Source: an uncultured cyanobacterium (GTDB lineage Bacteria; Cyanobacteriota; Cyanobacteriia; Cyanobacteriales; Nostocaceae). Taken from it: a DNA stretch of 64,000 nucleotides. The DNA lies in the NCBI GenBank assembly GCA_963706595.1, contig OY970166.1:2400001-2464000 (forward strand). Reading direction: 5' to 3'. The position numbers were made by a program, and so were the translations under genes. Positions within the stretch are counted from its first letter, which is position 1. Each line of letters begins with the position of its first letter. Shown here one piece after another: positions 10,677 to 21,107 of the stretch. The notes below the pieces were generated by a model. The model saw nothing but the letters and a program-made list of their open reading frames with translations, had not been told where the DNA came from and did no database searches.

Positions 10677-11492
10677 TTATCGTGCAGCTTGGTTAACTTC
10701 CGGGCGCACAATATAGTTATAAGCTTCTACATTACTAGGCAGAGGTTCAATTCTGTCTTGAGCAACCAAAGTTTGGTGGATAAAAGCCGCCGCAGTTGCA
10801 CGTCTGAGAGGTTCGTTAGGTTCAAGCACTCTGGGATTAGGATGATTAACCACCAGATTTTGTTGTGTTGCTATGCCTATGTCATTAATAGCATAGGCAG
10901 GAATTTGTTGGGCATCAGTATAATAATCTTTTGCCAGTGCTGCTACAGGGGTAGTTGGCGCAGGTGCTGCTGCTACTAAAGGCTGCATTAAAGAAGTCAT
11001 TGCTAGTGGCAAATATACAGTCCTTTTCACCACTCGCCGAGTTTCTGGTGCTAAATTCAAGCCTCTAGTTAAGGTAACTAAGGCATCTACTCTAGAAACT
11101 GGCTGATTTGGACCAAACAAACCACCAGGATAACCACTCATAAATCCTTGTTGATAGGCTGACTCAATGGCCGGAGATGCCCAATATCCTTGAGGAACAT
11201 CGGCAAAAGCGCTAGCATCTTCTATTCGCCGTACTGGTTCTTGATCAAATGCTTGACGAAGCATGGCTGCAAATTCATCACGTTGTACAGCCTGTTCGGG
11301 TCGAAATGTGCCATCTGGATATCCCACAATAATATCTCTTGCGGCTAAACGCTCAATAAATGGTTTCGCCCAATAATCAGGGGGAACATCAGGAAAAGTA
11401 TTCTGTGATAAAGCTGGAGAAGTTAGACTTGCTGCTAGCCCTAGAGTTACCAAAGATGTACCTAATACAGATAAACGAGATAAGCTAGACAT
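10677..11492 (-). CDS. S-layer homology (SLH) domain protein
   Basis: Signal peptide; FPDVPPDYWA, GYPDGTFRP, GYPGGLFGPNQPVSR. Confidence 0.92.
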   Translation of the reverse strand: MSSLSRLSVLGTSLVTLGLAASLTSPALSQNTFPDVPPDYWAKPFIERLAARDIIVGYPDGTFRPEQAVQRDEFAAMLRQAFDQEPVRRIEDASAFADVPQGYWASPAIESAYQQGFMSGYPGGLFGPNQPVSRVDALVTLTRGLNLAPETRRVVKRTVYLPLAMTSLMQPLVAAAPAPTTPVAALAKDYYTDAQQIPAYAINDIGIATQQNLVVNHPNPRVLEPNEPLRRATAAAFIHQTLVAQDRIEPLPSNVEAYNYIVRPEVNQAAR

Positions 11493-11854
11493 CCAAACAT
11501 ACCTCCATTAATTTAACTTAAATTCTTTATTTTTAAGCTTATTTATATATAATATTTTTTTAGGTTTAAATATTTATCTATCTGCCGATTCAAACAATTG
11601 TATCTAAAGTTATAAGTCAATATGCTTCATGCTTCGCAATCAGGATGATTAATCGGCAATAAACGCTGACAAAGGCTGATAAATCCAGGTTTTCTTGAAG
11701 TCTTGGCAGTGTTTTTTCCAGCTAATCGATTCCTGATTTAACCATCTTGAGTTATAAGTCAGACGTGCAGAATTATAATTAAGCTAATAAATAGATTTAT
11801 TCTATTTATTAATCGGAAAAAATATTTGTGGTTGAGGATTTTATGCAAGCGGTC

Positions 11855-11876
11855 TATCTACTATAAGTAGTAGATA
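11855..11876. promoter_or_regulatory. Palindromic putative operator upstream of the PRC/DUF2382 gene
   Basis: TATCTACTA-TAAG-TAGTAGATA perfect 9-4-9 inverted repeat. Confidence 0.45.
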
Positions 11877-11964
11877 CCGAATTAACTAAATTCAATCGCT
11901 AGAAAGAAGTGGCGGCACAACATATCTTTTATGATCGGAGATGTAGCGTTGGGCAAATGTTTAT

Positions 11965-12894
11965 ATGGTTCTTTATAAGCTTCAAGATTTCGATGCTGAC
12001 TATAGAAATACTGATTTTGATAATTATGAAATCAGAGACTTTGATGTTTACTCAGACATCAATGATGAAAAAGTTGGCACAGTCAAAGATATTTTAGTGG
12101 ACGATACCGGACGTTTTCGTTACTTGGTTGTAGATACAGGCTTTTGGATTTTTGGTAAGCAAGTATTATTACCAGTTGGGCGTTCCCGCATTAGCTATGC
12201 TGACCAACGAGTTTACGCTACAGGACTTACCCAAGAACAGGTGGAAAGCTTACCTGAGTTTAACGACCTGGAACGAGTGGATTACGATTATGAAGAACGG
12301 GTACGCGGAGTTTATCGGACTCCGTTTGCAGAAACACCTTTAGAAACTTCTACACCTGTAGAGGCTACAGCACCTTTAGATACTCCATCAGCTTATTCCG
12401 AGACTACAGCCAGAGCCACTACACCTGCACCCAGGACTACTTATGATCGTGATACCTATACTTACGACCGGGAGCCGGATTTGTATAATACCAGCGATCG
12501 CAATCATCAAAACCTGAAACTTTACGAAGAACGGTTAATTGCTCATAAAACTCGCGCTAAAACAGGTGAGGTATCTGTTGGTAAGCACGTTGAAACTGAT
12601 AGAGCAAATGTTTCTGTACCAATTGAAAAAGAGCGTGTAGTGATTGAACGCACTACGCCCACTGATGCTGGAAGAACTGCTTCCCCTGGTGAAGTGAATT
12701 TCCGTGAGGGTGAAGTTGCACGTATGGATGTTTACGAAGAGACTCCTGATATTCGTAAGGAAGCTGTGGTGCGCGAAGAAGTAAAAGTGAAGAAGGTTGT
12801 AGAAACGGATACGGTTGAGGCTCAAGAAACCCTGCGTCGAGAAGAATTAGACATTAATAAAGATAGCGATCGCTCACGGAAAAGAAGTCGGTAA
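11965..12894 (+). CDS. PRC-barrel + DUF2382 domain protein
   Basis: EKVGTVKDILVD..GRFRYLVVDTG (PRC barrel); LKLYEERL..K, VVREEV..KK, LRREEL (DUF2382). Confidence 0.9.
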   Translation: MVLYKLQDFDADYRNTDFDNYEIRDFDVYSDINDEKVGTVKDILVDDTGRFRYLVVDTGFWIFGKQVLLPVGRSRISYADQRVYATGLTQEQVESLPEFNDLERVDYDYEERVRGVYRTPFAETPLETSTPVEATAPLDTPSAYSETTARATTPAPRTTYDRDTYTYDREPDLYNTSDRNHQNLKLYEERLIAHKTRAKTGEVSVGKHVETDRANVSVPIEKERVVIERTTPTDAGRTASPGEVNFREGEVARMDVYEETPDIRKEAVVREEVKVKKVVETDTVEAQETLRREELDINKDSDRSRKRSR

Positions 12895-13087
12895 AATTCC
12901 GTTGGCAAGGGCTTGAGTGCATGAGGGTTGTTGGGGTGCGATCGCAGGTGGCTTTTCCACTCACCCCAAATCACCCAGTAGAGCCAAATAACTAGCGATC
13001 ACCTTGCCAAATCAATTTTATTGCTTCTAGGACTTACGCATTGACAATAAATAATAAATATGTGTGGCGCTAAAAAGCACATATTTC

Positions 13088-13116
13088 GTAGGGGTTTAGC
13101 ATTGCTAAACCCCTAC
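13088..13116. repeat. GTAG-type REP-like palindrome
   Basis: GTAGGGGTTTAGCA-T-TGCTAAACCCCTAC. Confidence 0.85.
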
Positions 13117-13207
13117 CACGCGAGTATATTTAGTATCAAGATTTGTATAAAATTACTTACTTTGTATACTGGCTCATAGTTATAAACAATATAATTGTCT
13201 TTGATGA

Positions 13208-13378
13208 TTATGAAGCTTGAACCGTTTCTATCTGCTGCTCTTGAAACTGAGCCAGATGAGGATATTGCTTCTGAAGTTCAATGTAATAATTGACCAATTT
13301 CTTGGGGTCGTGTTCATACTCTTCAGAAATTGTGTGGCGAATTTTTCGTATTTGGCTAATTGCCTCATCCTGCTTCAT
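13208..13378 (-). CDS. Small 56-aa protein, resembling partners of PIN-domain toxins (below the ORF-track cutoff)
   Basis: MKQDEAISQIRKIRHTISEEYEHDPKKLVNYYIELQKQYPHLAQFQEQQIETVQAS; AGGAG RBS upstream. Confidence 0.65.
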   Translation of the reverse strand: MKQDEAISQIRKIRHTISEEYEHDPKKLVNYYIELQKQYPHLAQFQEQQIETVQAS

Positions 13379-13448
13379 TATTTTGCGCTCCTATTACCTC
13401 TAATGGAGTGACTAGCATGGGGACGTACAACCCTAGCATAACGTTTAC
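13365..13448 (-). pseudogene. C-terminal remnant of a PIN-domain toxin gene
   Basis: VNVMLGLYVPMLVTPLEVIGAQNNEAG* overlaps the start of the small ORF; no 5' part. Confidence 0.5.
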
Positions 13449-13451
13449 CCC

Positions 13452-13679
13452 TCAAAACTCAAGCAACGAGATAAATTCCTCAACGCTTAGTCCAGCATCT
13501 CGAATAATCGCCCGCAGTGTGCCTTTAGCTAACTCTTGGTGATCTGGAACAACAACTTGATTAAACGGCTTATCCCTTCGCATAATAATATGACTGCTCT
13601 CTCTACGTTTTTGATAGAAACCAATTTTTTCTAGCACCTTGATACAGTCTTTTCCCGAAATACTGGGTAACTTGCTCAC
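13452..13679 (-). CDS. hicA: HicA-family toxin
   Basis: KVLEKIGF..RRESSHIIM..VVVPDH.ELAKGTLRAII. Confidence 0.9.
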   Translation of the reverse strand: MSKLPSISGKDCIKVLEKIGFYQKRRESSHIIMRRDKPFNQVVVPDHQELAKGTLRAIIRDAGLSVEEFISLLEF

Positions 13680-13894
13680 ACCACCACCAGGAATGTTTCA
13701 AACTTGTCTTCAGGCACAGATAAGCCATCTTCCTCTAAAGCAGTCACGTAGCCTATAATAGCTTCCTTGATATTGGATAAAGCCTCTTCTTTCGTTTTTC
13801 CTTGACTAATACATCCCTTTAAACTTGGACACTCTACAATCCAATAACCATCTTCATCCTTGTATAAAATTACTTGCCTTGTATGGTGGCTCAT
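13676..13894 (-). CDS. hicB: HicB-family antitoxin (short type)
   Basis: DEDGYWIVECPSLKGCISQGKTKEEALSNIKEAI. Confidence 0.9.
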   Translation of the reverse strand: MSHHTRQVILYKDEDGYWIVECPSLKGCISQGKTKEEALSNIKEAIIGYVTALEEDGLSVPEDKFETFLVVV

Positions 13895-13905
13895 ATTCCT
13901 ACTCC

Positions 13906-14484
13906 TTAAGTGGTCTGTATACTTTCAGCTTCATTCCCCTCATCCATGATTCTATAGAACGTCAGCGCAGTATTACCGTAAACCTTTTGGCGGCAAATTT
14001 CCCAAGTGGGTATGACTGGCGGTTTCCAACTGTGGGGATTGTGTTCTACGGCGATTTCACCGTGGATAGCTAACAAATCATGATGTGCGATCGCCTCTAA
14101 CACTGGCTGATATAATCCACTAGCATAAGGCGGATCAAAGTAAATCCTCTCAAACTGCTTTCCTGATAACTTTTTTAATTGCTGCATGACATCTCCTCGC
14201 AAGAGTTGCCATTTTTGCTCACCATGCGCCACCTGTTGCCAATTCTCTTGAATAATGGCACTAGCTTGGCTTGATTTTTCAATTCCTACTACTAAACTGG
14301 CTCCTCTACACAAAGCCTCTGCACCCATTGAACCAGTGCCGGTACACACATCTAGCCAGGAACAATCCACAATTGTTCCCTGCCAAATATTGAACACTGC
14401 TTCCCTTACCCGCGCACTGGTGGGTCTGGTAGCTTGCCCTGGTAAAGTTTTAATTTGGCGATTCCCGTAAATTCTCAGTGTCAT
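13906..14484 (-). CDS. rsmD: 16S rRNA (guanine966-N2)-methyltransferase
   Basis: TRPTSARVREAVFN, DPPY, KVYGNT. Confidence 0.93.
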   Translation of the reverse strand: MTLRIYGNRQIKTLPGQATRPTSARVREAVFNIWQGTIVDCSWLDVCTGTGSMGAEALCRGASLVVGIEKSSQASAIIQENWQQVAHGEQKWQLLRGDVMQQLKKLSGKQFERIYFDPPYASGLYQPVLEAIAHHDLLAIHGEIAVEHNPHSWKPPVIPTWEICRQKVYGNTALTFYRIMDEGNEAESIQTT

Positions 14485-14533
14485 TGGTCGCTAGTCATTG
14501 GTCATTAGTCATTGGTCATTAGTCATTAGTCAG
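14481..14533. repeat. STRR2-type heptamer array (TCATT[G/A]G)
   Basis: About 7 tandem units. Confidence 0.9.
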
Positions 14534-14592
14534 GGAAAAAACCACGACAAAGGACAAACAACAAACGACAAAATCTCAAGTTCAAAGTTGGA

Positions 14593-15228
14593 TTATGCAG
14601 CAATTTTTTCGCGGACTTGGGCAACAAAATTAGATAAGATTTGCAACCCGATGTTAGAAGATTTTTCTGGGTGGAACTGTACGGCGGTCAAGTTTTCACG
14701 CGCGATCGCAGCTGTGATAGTTTGAGAACCGTGGGTAACAGTTGCGGCTCGCACTTCAGGATCTGTTGGGTCAACATAGTAAGAATGTACAAAATATACC
14801 CAAGGTTCAGCCGGCAAATGCTCCCACAAAATGCTTTTTTGTTGCGTGAACTCTAGTTGATTCCATCCCATGTGGGGAATAGTAATGCCTGCTTCTGGTC
14901 GGAATCGGCGCACTTTTCCGGGGACAATTCCTAGCCCTGGTTGAGTTCCTTCGGCACTGGATTCAAACAAAATTTGCAATCCCAAACAGATGCCCAAGAA
15001 GGGTTTCCCCGATGCGATTGTATCTTTAATGGGTTGTTCTAAACCACGCGATCGCAGGTGTTGGACTGCGGGATCAAATGCTCCCACTCCTGGCAATACT
15101 ACCGCATCTGCCATCTCTAAATCCTTAGCAGAATGAGTAATGTGAGGAGTTGCTCCAGCTTTTTCTAAACCTTTGCAAACTGAGTGCAAATTTCCCATAT
15201 CGTAATCTACGACTGCAATGATTGGCAT
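14593..15228 (-). CDS. hisH: Imidazole glycerol phosphate synthase glutaminase subunit
   Basis: DYDMGNL, LPGVGAF, GICLG, PHMGWN, QFHPEKS. Confidence 0.97.
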   Translation of the reverse strand: MPIIAVVDYDMGNLHSVCKGLEKAGATPHITHSAKDLEMADAVVLPGVGAFDPAVQHLRSRGLEQPIKDTIASGKPFLGICLGLQILFESSAEGTQPGLGIVPGKVRRFRPEAGITIPHMGWNQLEFTQQKSILWEHLPAEPWVYFVHSYYVDPTDPEVRAATVTHGSQTITAAIARENLTAVQFHPEKSSNIGLQILSNFVAQVREKIAA

Positions 15229-15286
15229 TGACCGGCTCCTTGTAAGTTTATTATGGAGGGTGTTTCTATTCTAAATAATATTTCCT

Positions 15287-15799
15287 ATGGCGAAAAGAAT
15301 ACTATTAACTTCTTTTGAAGTTTGGTTGAGCGATCAACTCTCAAATTCTTCTGATGATTTATTAGCGGAAGTGATTAAAGATGACTCGCTCCCTCATGAT
15401 TTAAAATTTTTGCGGCGTTTACCTGTGGATATCCATCTGGCTAGTTCACAGGTAATTCAAAAAATCTCTGAACTGCAACCTGATGATATTATTTGTTGTG
15501 GCATGGCTGCTAGCAGGACAAAACTTAGTCTGGAAGCGGTTGCTAGCTTCGAGTCAACTGTTTTGCCTACAACTGTTAATTTGGAAAAATTAGTATCAGG
15601 TGCAACAGCAATTGAGATTAGCCACGACTGCGGTAAATTTGTTTGTGAAGGCTTGTACTATGCAGTTTTAAATTACTTATACCAAAATCAATCCGCAGCA
15701 CGTTGTATTTTTGTCCATGTTCCAGTGTTAAATTCTGAAAATTTGCCCGTCGTTTTGGCTGATTTCTTATTAATTATTAACAATCTGGCACTTTCATAA
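15287..15799 (+). CDS. Peptidase C15 (pyroglutamyl-peptidase-like)
   Basis: ILLTSFE, ISHDCGKFVCE, FVHVP. Confidence 0.85.
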   Translation: MAKRILLTSFEVWLSDQLSNSSDDLLAEVIKDDSLPHDLKFLRRLPVDIHLASSQVIQKISELQPDDIICCGMAASRTKLSLEAVASFESTVLPTTVNLEKLVSGATAIEISHDCGKFVCEGLYYAVLNYLYQNQSAARCIFVHVPVLNSENLPVVLADFLLIINNLALS

Positions 15800-15828
15800 A
15801 GTCGTCTGCGTCTGTTAGGTCAAGCCAT

Positions 15829-17199
15829 TTGCTCAGTATTATGTTGTCATTTTTACTAAATTTAACCCTCGCCCAATCAGCACCTGCTACGCCACCCCCG
15901 GAAGAAGTGGTAAAATCTCAAGAAGTTCGCCCTTTACCGGGACAACTGGATACTGTGCCTGTATTTAATAGCAATAGTCCAGAATTGGTCTTAAAAGAAG
16001 GAATTTTACTCTCTACTTTTCCCGCAAATGGCAAAACAGTCTCAGAGGCGCATTTGAATTATCCGTTTAACGGGCGATTTGATGTTTTTGCCCATCACAT
16101 TGCTAGGGCTGAACCACCGGAGGATTTAAGGTCGCTGCATCTAGGAATCATGCTGCATAATCCTGGCACGAAACCAGTAACGGTGAATATATTGCAAGCA
16201 GCAAGTTATTTAAGTCAACCAGATGCACCTTTTATTCAGTTACCAGCCAACAGTCAAAATATTTTAGGTAATATTTTTGCAGGGCCAGGCGATCGCGCTG
16301 TGTCTGATGTTTTAAGGGGAAGGCGACAAGAAAGTTTTCCCGCCCAAATAGTCATTCCCCCAGGGCAGAATCAGATGTTATTAAATCTGCCGATTCCTGT
16401 CAAAGAATTGACACCACCTTTAAATGGTCGCTCTACATTAATGCGGTTGCAGAGTAATGGTACTGTTTATGCCGCCAGTATGGCTTTATTTGCCCGTCAG
16501 AATGCCGATGGTAGTGAACGCGCCCCGACTTTAGCAGAATGGGAAAATTTACTCAAGACTGGTGAATTGTCCACTCCACGGGATAGAGTTCCCACACCTT
16601 TAGAAGCAACTAATCAAGGGAGAATTTATGGACGTGTCGCCGGAGTTGCTCAAGGTTCTCAGTGGAAATCCTTGGTTGTGGATAATCCCGCAGCCAGATA
16701 TTTAACAATTCCCCAAGCTGGTCAAGGCTTTTCTTATCCTTTAAGTAGTCTGCATGGTGGCACTTTAGGCACAAATCAAATTCAGACTGCACCCATGCTG
16801 GTACGTTATCCTGATACCGCTTATATGGCTCATGGCAACTATGGTATTGAATATAGTTTACAGTTGCCCTTACATAATAATACTGATAAAGCTCAAAGGG
16901 TGAGTGTATCTGTGCAAACGCCAATTAAAGAAGATAATTTGGTAAAACAAGGATTACGCTTTTTTACGAACACAGCACCGCAAGTATTTTTCCGGGGGTC
17001 AGTGCGGGTACGTTACAGAGATGACCGAGGTCAGGCCAAAACTCAGTTTACTCATTTAGTCCAACGGCGAGGTCAACAGGGAGAACCCTTAGTTTTATTA
17101 AATATGCCACCAGGCGATCGCAGATTAGTAGAAGTAGACTTTATCTATCCCCCAGATGCGACACCACCGCAGGTATTAACTGTATCAACTCAAGAGTAA
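15829..17199 (+). CDS. DUF3370 family secreted protein
   Basis: RPLPGQLD.VPVFNSNSPE, AHGNYG, YPPDATPPQVLT; start uncertain (15829 or 15841). Confidence 0.82.
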   Translation: MLSIMLSFLLNLTLAQSAPATPPPEEVVKSQEVRPLPGQLDTVPVFNSNSPELVLKEGILLSTFPANGKTVSEAHLNYPFNGRFDVFAHHIARAEPPEDLRSLHLGIMLHNPGTKPVTVNILQAASYLSQPDAPFIQLPANSQNILGNIFAGPGDRAVSDVLRGRRQESFPAQIVIPPGQNQMLLNLPIPVKELTPPLNGRSTLMRLQSNGTVYAASMALFARQNADGSERAPTLAEWENLLKTGELSTPRDRVPTPLEATNQGRIYGRVAGVAQGSQWKSLVVDNPAARYLTIPQAGQGFSYPLSSLHGGTLGTNQIQTAPMLVRYPDTAYMAHGNYGIEYSLQLPLHNNTDKAQRVSVSVQTPIKEDNLVKQGLRFFTNTAPQVFFRGSVRVRYRDDRGQAKTQFTHLVQRRGQQGEPLVLLNMPPGDRRLVEVDFIYPPDATPPQVLTVSTQE

Positions 17200-17293
17200 A
17201 TATACAGATTTAGTAAAAACGCCCACAGCCTGATAAACTGTGGGTTTAACTACATCCATGACTTGGTTTTATTTTGCAGTCAAGTCCAAATTA

Positions 17294-17539
17294 TTACAAA
17301 TTCTCTAAAAGCTCTTCTACTGAAATATCCGCTTGATTTAAAATACTTTTGAGCGTTCCCACTGCTAGAGTTTTCTTATGTAATGGGACAACACAAACTA
17401 TTTCCGCGAAATTCTCATTTTCATCAACTAATTGCTTTTTTAAGATGACATGACTTCCTCGTTGTCTTGTTTGGACAAATCCTAAGCGTTCCAATGCACG
17501 AATCACTTCCGCCGCAGGTACTCGTGGTAGCTTAGGCAC
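17294..17539 (-). CDS. hicA: HicA-family toxin
   Basis: RALERLGF..RQRGSHVIL..VVPLH..LAVGTLKSIL. Confidence 0.9.
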   Translation of the reverse strand: MPKLPRVPAAEVIRALERLGFVQTRQRGSHVILKKQLVDENENFAEIVCVVPLHKKTLAVGTLKSILNQADISVEELLENL

Positions 17540-17744
17540 TTATCACCTCAAATGTAGTTAATAAACGCGGATTTGTTTGAGGAAGGGAAACTTCTTCTAG
17601 GTAAAGTTCAGTGGCTTCTTTGAGATTAGCAAGAGCCTCTTCTATGGTTTCCCCTTGGCTAGCTGTTCCTACTTCTGGACATTCAGCTACATAAACATCT
17701 TCTTCCCAATACACAATTGCCGTAAATGTGCGATTCATAATCAA
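17532..17744 (-). CDS. hicB: HicB-family antitoxin (short type)
   Basis: YVAECPEVGTASQGETIEEALANLKEA. Confidence 0.9.
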   Translation of the reverse strand: MIMNRTFTAIVYWEEDVYVAECPEVGTASQGETIEEALANLKEATELYLEEVSLPQTNPRLLTTFEVISA

Positions 17745-17924
17745 ATTTTATGGCGCGATAATCGCCCCAGGATGATCAACTCCATAATAGCAGCCACTTT
17801 CTCTATATTTGATTTATCAATTGCAGAGTTAATGAAAATAGTGGAATAGTCCACAATAATCCAACTTTATTCCTGAATATGGTAATATCCCAAAGGATTT
17901 TATTTTGATTAATGCAGGAAAAGG

Positions 17925-18791
17925 ATGGAAGGAAGTTTTCTCACGGCTGTTTTTTTGCCCTTGGCTCTATTTATAATCATGCTAGGCATGGGGTTATCCT
18001 TGACCCTAGACGACTATAAGGGAGTTTTAATATATCCCAAAGCGGTGGTGATTGGCTTGGTGTCGCAGTTAGTCATGTTACCAATTGTGGGCTTTGGCAT
18101 TGCGTCGATGTTTCCCCTCAACCCAGAATTAGCAGTAGGCGTGATGATTTTAGTCGCCTGTCCTGGTGGCGCAACTTCTAACATGATTACGTTTTTAGCT
18201 GAGGGAGATGTTGCTCTTTCTGTCACCCTCACAGCTATCAGCAGTTTAATTACAGTTTTTACCATTCCTCTGGTTGTCAATTTTGCCATGCAGACATTTT
18301 TGGGCGCAGGGACAACACTACAGTTACCTGTCTTAAATACAGTTGTGCAGATTGCGGTGATGACGCTTCTACCTTTAGCAATTGGAATGGTAGTTAATGG
18401 ATATGCTCCCGGAATAGCAGCAAAGGCAAATAAACCGATAAAGTGGCTATCTCTCTTTTTCCTGTCCGTGGTGATTACTGGGATAGTATTTCAAGAACGA
18501 GATAATTTTCTGCCTTCTGTGATGGCTGTGGGCTGGGTAACTCTGGTTTTAAATATGGCGACAATGACATTAGGTTTTGCGATCGCCACTTTAGCAAAAT
18601 TAGGAGAAAAACGCGCTAGGGCAATTACAGTAGAAGTAGGTATTCAAAATGGCACTCTAGCGATCGCGATCGCATCTTCCCCGACACTGCTAAATAATCC
18701 TACAATGGCTGTTCCCGCAGCTATTTATAGTCTGCTCATGTTTGTGACTGGAATTGGATTTGCATTTTTTGTCTCACGCATTCGCCGTTAG
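17925..18791 (+). CDS. Bile acid:sodium symporter family transporter
   Basis: MLGMGLSL, CPGGATSN, EVGIQN. Confidence 0.92.
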   Translation: MEGSFLTAVFLPLALFIIMLGMGLSLTLDDYKGVLIYPKAVVIGLVSQLVMLPIVGFGIASMFPLNPELAVGVMILVACPGGATSNMITFLAEGDVALSVTLTAISSLITVFTIPLVVNFAMQTFLGAGTTLQLPVLNTVVQIAVMTLLPLAIGMVVNGYAPGIAAKANKPIKWLSLFFLSVVITGIVFQERDNFLPSVMAVGWVTLVLNMATMTLGFAIATLAKLGEKRARAITVEVGIQNGTLAIAIASSPTLLNNPTMAVPAAIYSLLMFVTGIGFAFFVSRIRR

Positions 18792-18874
18792 GCGTTCCCG
18801 CAGGGTAGGCGCAAAGGAATAAAGAATAATACAAGGAGTTGTAGGGAAGCAGCGCTCGATCAAAGGAAAATAAT

Positions 18875-19834
18875 ATGTCTTGGATAGAATTAAGTCTGGA
18901 TACAACCCATGAGGCTGTTGATTGGGTTTGTACTTTACTAGCTGAAACTATTGATATTAATGATATTTATATTACCGAATATGCAGAATCCAGTTCGGCT
19001 AATTCCGATTGGACATTTACGATGCGGTTATATTTACCCTACGATGTCAGCGCGCGGACAGGTATAGAAAAAATTGCCAGTCTGCTTTCGCCTTTGCATC
19101 GAACTGGAATGACAACAGCAATTCAGACAAATATTGTTGAAAATAAAATCGCAGATGCGCCGAAACCACTTGTGCATCCCATTGGGGAAAGATTTATTAT
19201 AGTCAATTCTGATACACCTGCTCAATCTGAAATAGCAGATAAAATTACTTTAAAACTCAAAAAAACTCTCGCCTTTGGTAGTGGGTTACATCCAGCCACC
19301 ATTGTCAGCCTTCGACTGCTGGAACGCTACATAACCCCTGAAATGCAGGTGCTGGACTTTGGCTCAGGTTCGGGGATTTTAAGTGTAGCGATCGCGAAGC
19401 TAGGGGCGAATGTCTTAGCTTTAGATAATGATAGTGTTGCTGTAGCCGCAACTCAGGAAACTGTATCTTTGAACAATGTCGAGTCGCAAGTACAGGTGAT
19501 CCAAGGTAGCCTGGGATGTGGCAGTGAACTGGGGCATTGGATGGGTGGAAACACTGTTAATCATGTGTCGAAAGTTGAAGCAAAAGCCACCTTTGATTTA
19601 ATTGTTGCCAATATATTTGCACGGGTGCATATTGCCCTCGCTGATGATTTTCGGGAAGCCTTGCGTCAAAATCAAGCACAACCGGGGCTATTAATTACAG
19701 CCGGATTCACCACAGATCATGAAGAAAGTGTCACCACCGCCTTGACAGAAGCTGGATTTGAGGTGATTGATTGTGAAAGATTCAACGAATGGGTAGCACT
19801 CGCGCATCGAGTATGTAATATTACGTCCGCCTAA
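18875..19834 (+). CDS. PrmA-like (ribosomal protein L11) methyltransferase
   Basis: AFGSGLHPAT, VLDFGSGSGIL, DLIVANI; possibly a paralogue. Confidence 0.8.
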   Translation: MSWIELSLDTTHEAVDWVCTLLAETIDINDIYITEYAESSSANSDWTFTMRLYLPYDVSARTGIEKIASLLSPLHRTGMTTAIQTNIVENKIADAPKPLVHPIGERFIIVNSDTPAQSEIADKITLKLKKTLAFGSGLHPATIVSLRLLERYITPEMQVLDFGSGSGILSVAIAKLGANVLALDNDSVAVAATQETVSLNNVESQVQVIQGSLGCGSELGHWMGGNTVNHVSKVEAKATFDLIVANIFARVHIALADDFREALRQNQAQPGLLITAGFTTDHEESVTTALTEAGFEVIDCERFNEWVALAHRVCNITSA

Positions 19835-19945
19835 TTAGTTATCATTCTGTGCATCTGTAGAAAAACTGCAAAATTCTCTTTCCCCCTGCGCCCTGCTCCC
19901 CTGCGGCCTTCCCTTTCACCTTACTGATATAAGTAGGTATTTCTT

Positions 19946-19972
19946 GGAGACGTTCGGGCGGAACGTCTCTAC
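19946..19972. repeat. REP-like palindrome
   Basis: GAGACGTTC-GGGCG-GAACGTCTC-TAC. Confidence 0.7.
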
Positions 19973-19982
19973 TTAGGGAACC

Positions 19983-20987
19983 TCAAAGTTTGAACTGTTG
20001 TAAATGACTGCGAGGATTATAGGTACGTATAGCGCGAATTTTTTCATAATATTCCCGCTCCTGTGGGCTGAGGTCTTTTGGTGGAACGATCGCCACCTTT
20101 ACAAACTGGTCACTACGCCCACCCTTAGTTAAAGGCCAGCCCTTACCCCGCAACCGCAGGGATTGACCAGAACGCACACCCGCAGGTAGCTTCACATTCA
20201 CTGAACCATCCGGTGTGGGGACATCAATTGAGGCTCCCAAAGTGGCTTCATCTGGAGTGATAGGAACTTCACAGACGAGGTTATCACCCTCAAATTGGAA
20301 GAATGAGTGTGGCTGAAGTTCAATCTTTAAATATAAATCACCCCGTTGTTGAGTCATGGGGTTGAATTGACCTTTACCACGCACCCGCAGACGAGTACCA
20401 GTTTTAGCCCCAGATGGAATCCGAACTTCAATGGTTTCGTTACCTAAACTAAAGCGCTTTTGGACACCAGAAAACGCCTCACCAAAAGTTAAAGCGATCG
20501 CCGCTTCCGTGTCTGGAGTAGCACCCGTACCGACATCTTGAAAACCATAATCATTAAAGCCGCCATAACCACCGGGTCTAGCTGTAGAACTACGCTGATA
20601 AGAATAGCTTTGTCGTCCACCAGCACCACGAGGGCTAGGGCCACCAAAACGCCCTAATAACTCGTTGACAAATTCATCAAAACTGCCGTATTGGCTGAAG
20701 TCAAAGCCACCCATATCCGCACCAGCACCACCGGATGGGAAACCTTGTCCAGCTTGTTTCCAGTATTGACCAAATTGATCGTACTTCTTGCGCTTATCGA
20801 CATCTGACAAAACTTCGTAAGCTTCATTCACCTCTTTGAAGGTAGCCTCAGCTTGCTTGTTATTGGGGTTGACATCAGGGTGATACTTGCGGGCTTGTTT
20901 CCGAAAAGCTTGTTTAATTTCTTCTGGACTGGCAGTTTTACTGATTCCCAAAATTGCATAATAGTCTTTGAAGTCGGTTGCAGCCAT
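19983..20987 (-). CDS. DnaJ class B (CbpA-like) co-chaperone
   Basis: J domain with HPD, G/F-rich region, C-terminal domain, no zinc finger. Confidence 0.93.
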   Translation of the reverse strand: MAATDFKDYYAILGISKTASPEEIKQAFRKQARKYHPDVNPNNKQAEATFKEVNEAYEVLSDVDKRKKYDQFGQYWKQAGQGFPSGGAGADMGGFDFSQYGSFDEFVNELLGRFGGPSPRGAGGRQSYSYQRSSTARPGGYGGFNDYGFQDVGTGATPDTEAAIALTFGEAFSGVQKRFSLGNETIEVRIPSGAKTGTRLRVRGKGQFNPMTQQRGDLYLKIELQPHSFFQFEGDNLVCEVPITPDEATLGASIDVPTPDGSVNVKLPAGVRSGQSLRLRGKGWPLTKGGRSDQFVKVAIVPPKDLSPQEREYYEKIRAIRTYNPRSHLQQFKL

Positions 20988-21107
20988 CTACCAGCCTCCT
21001 ATAAAAATTTCTGTTATGTTTTTTCGTAAAGTGTGAGCTTGGTTTTATGCGCGGTCAAATCTCCAGCATAAAAACTCTGATTTTAAATTAACAGACATTA
21101 CAGCAAT

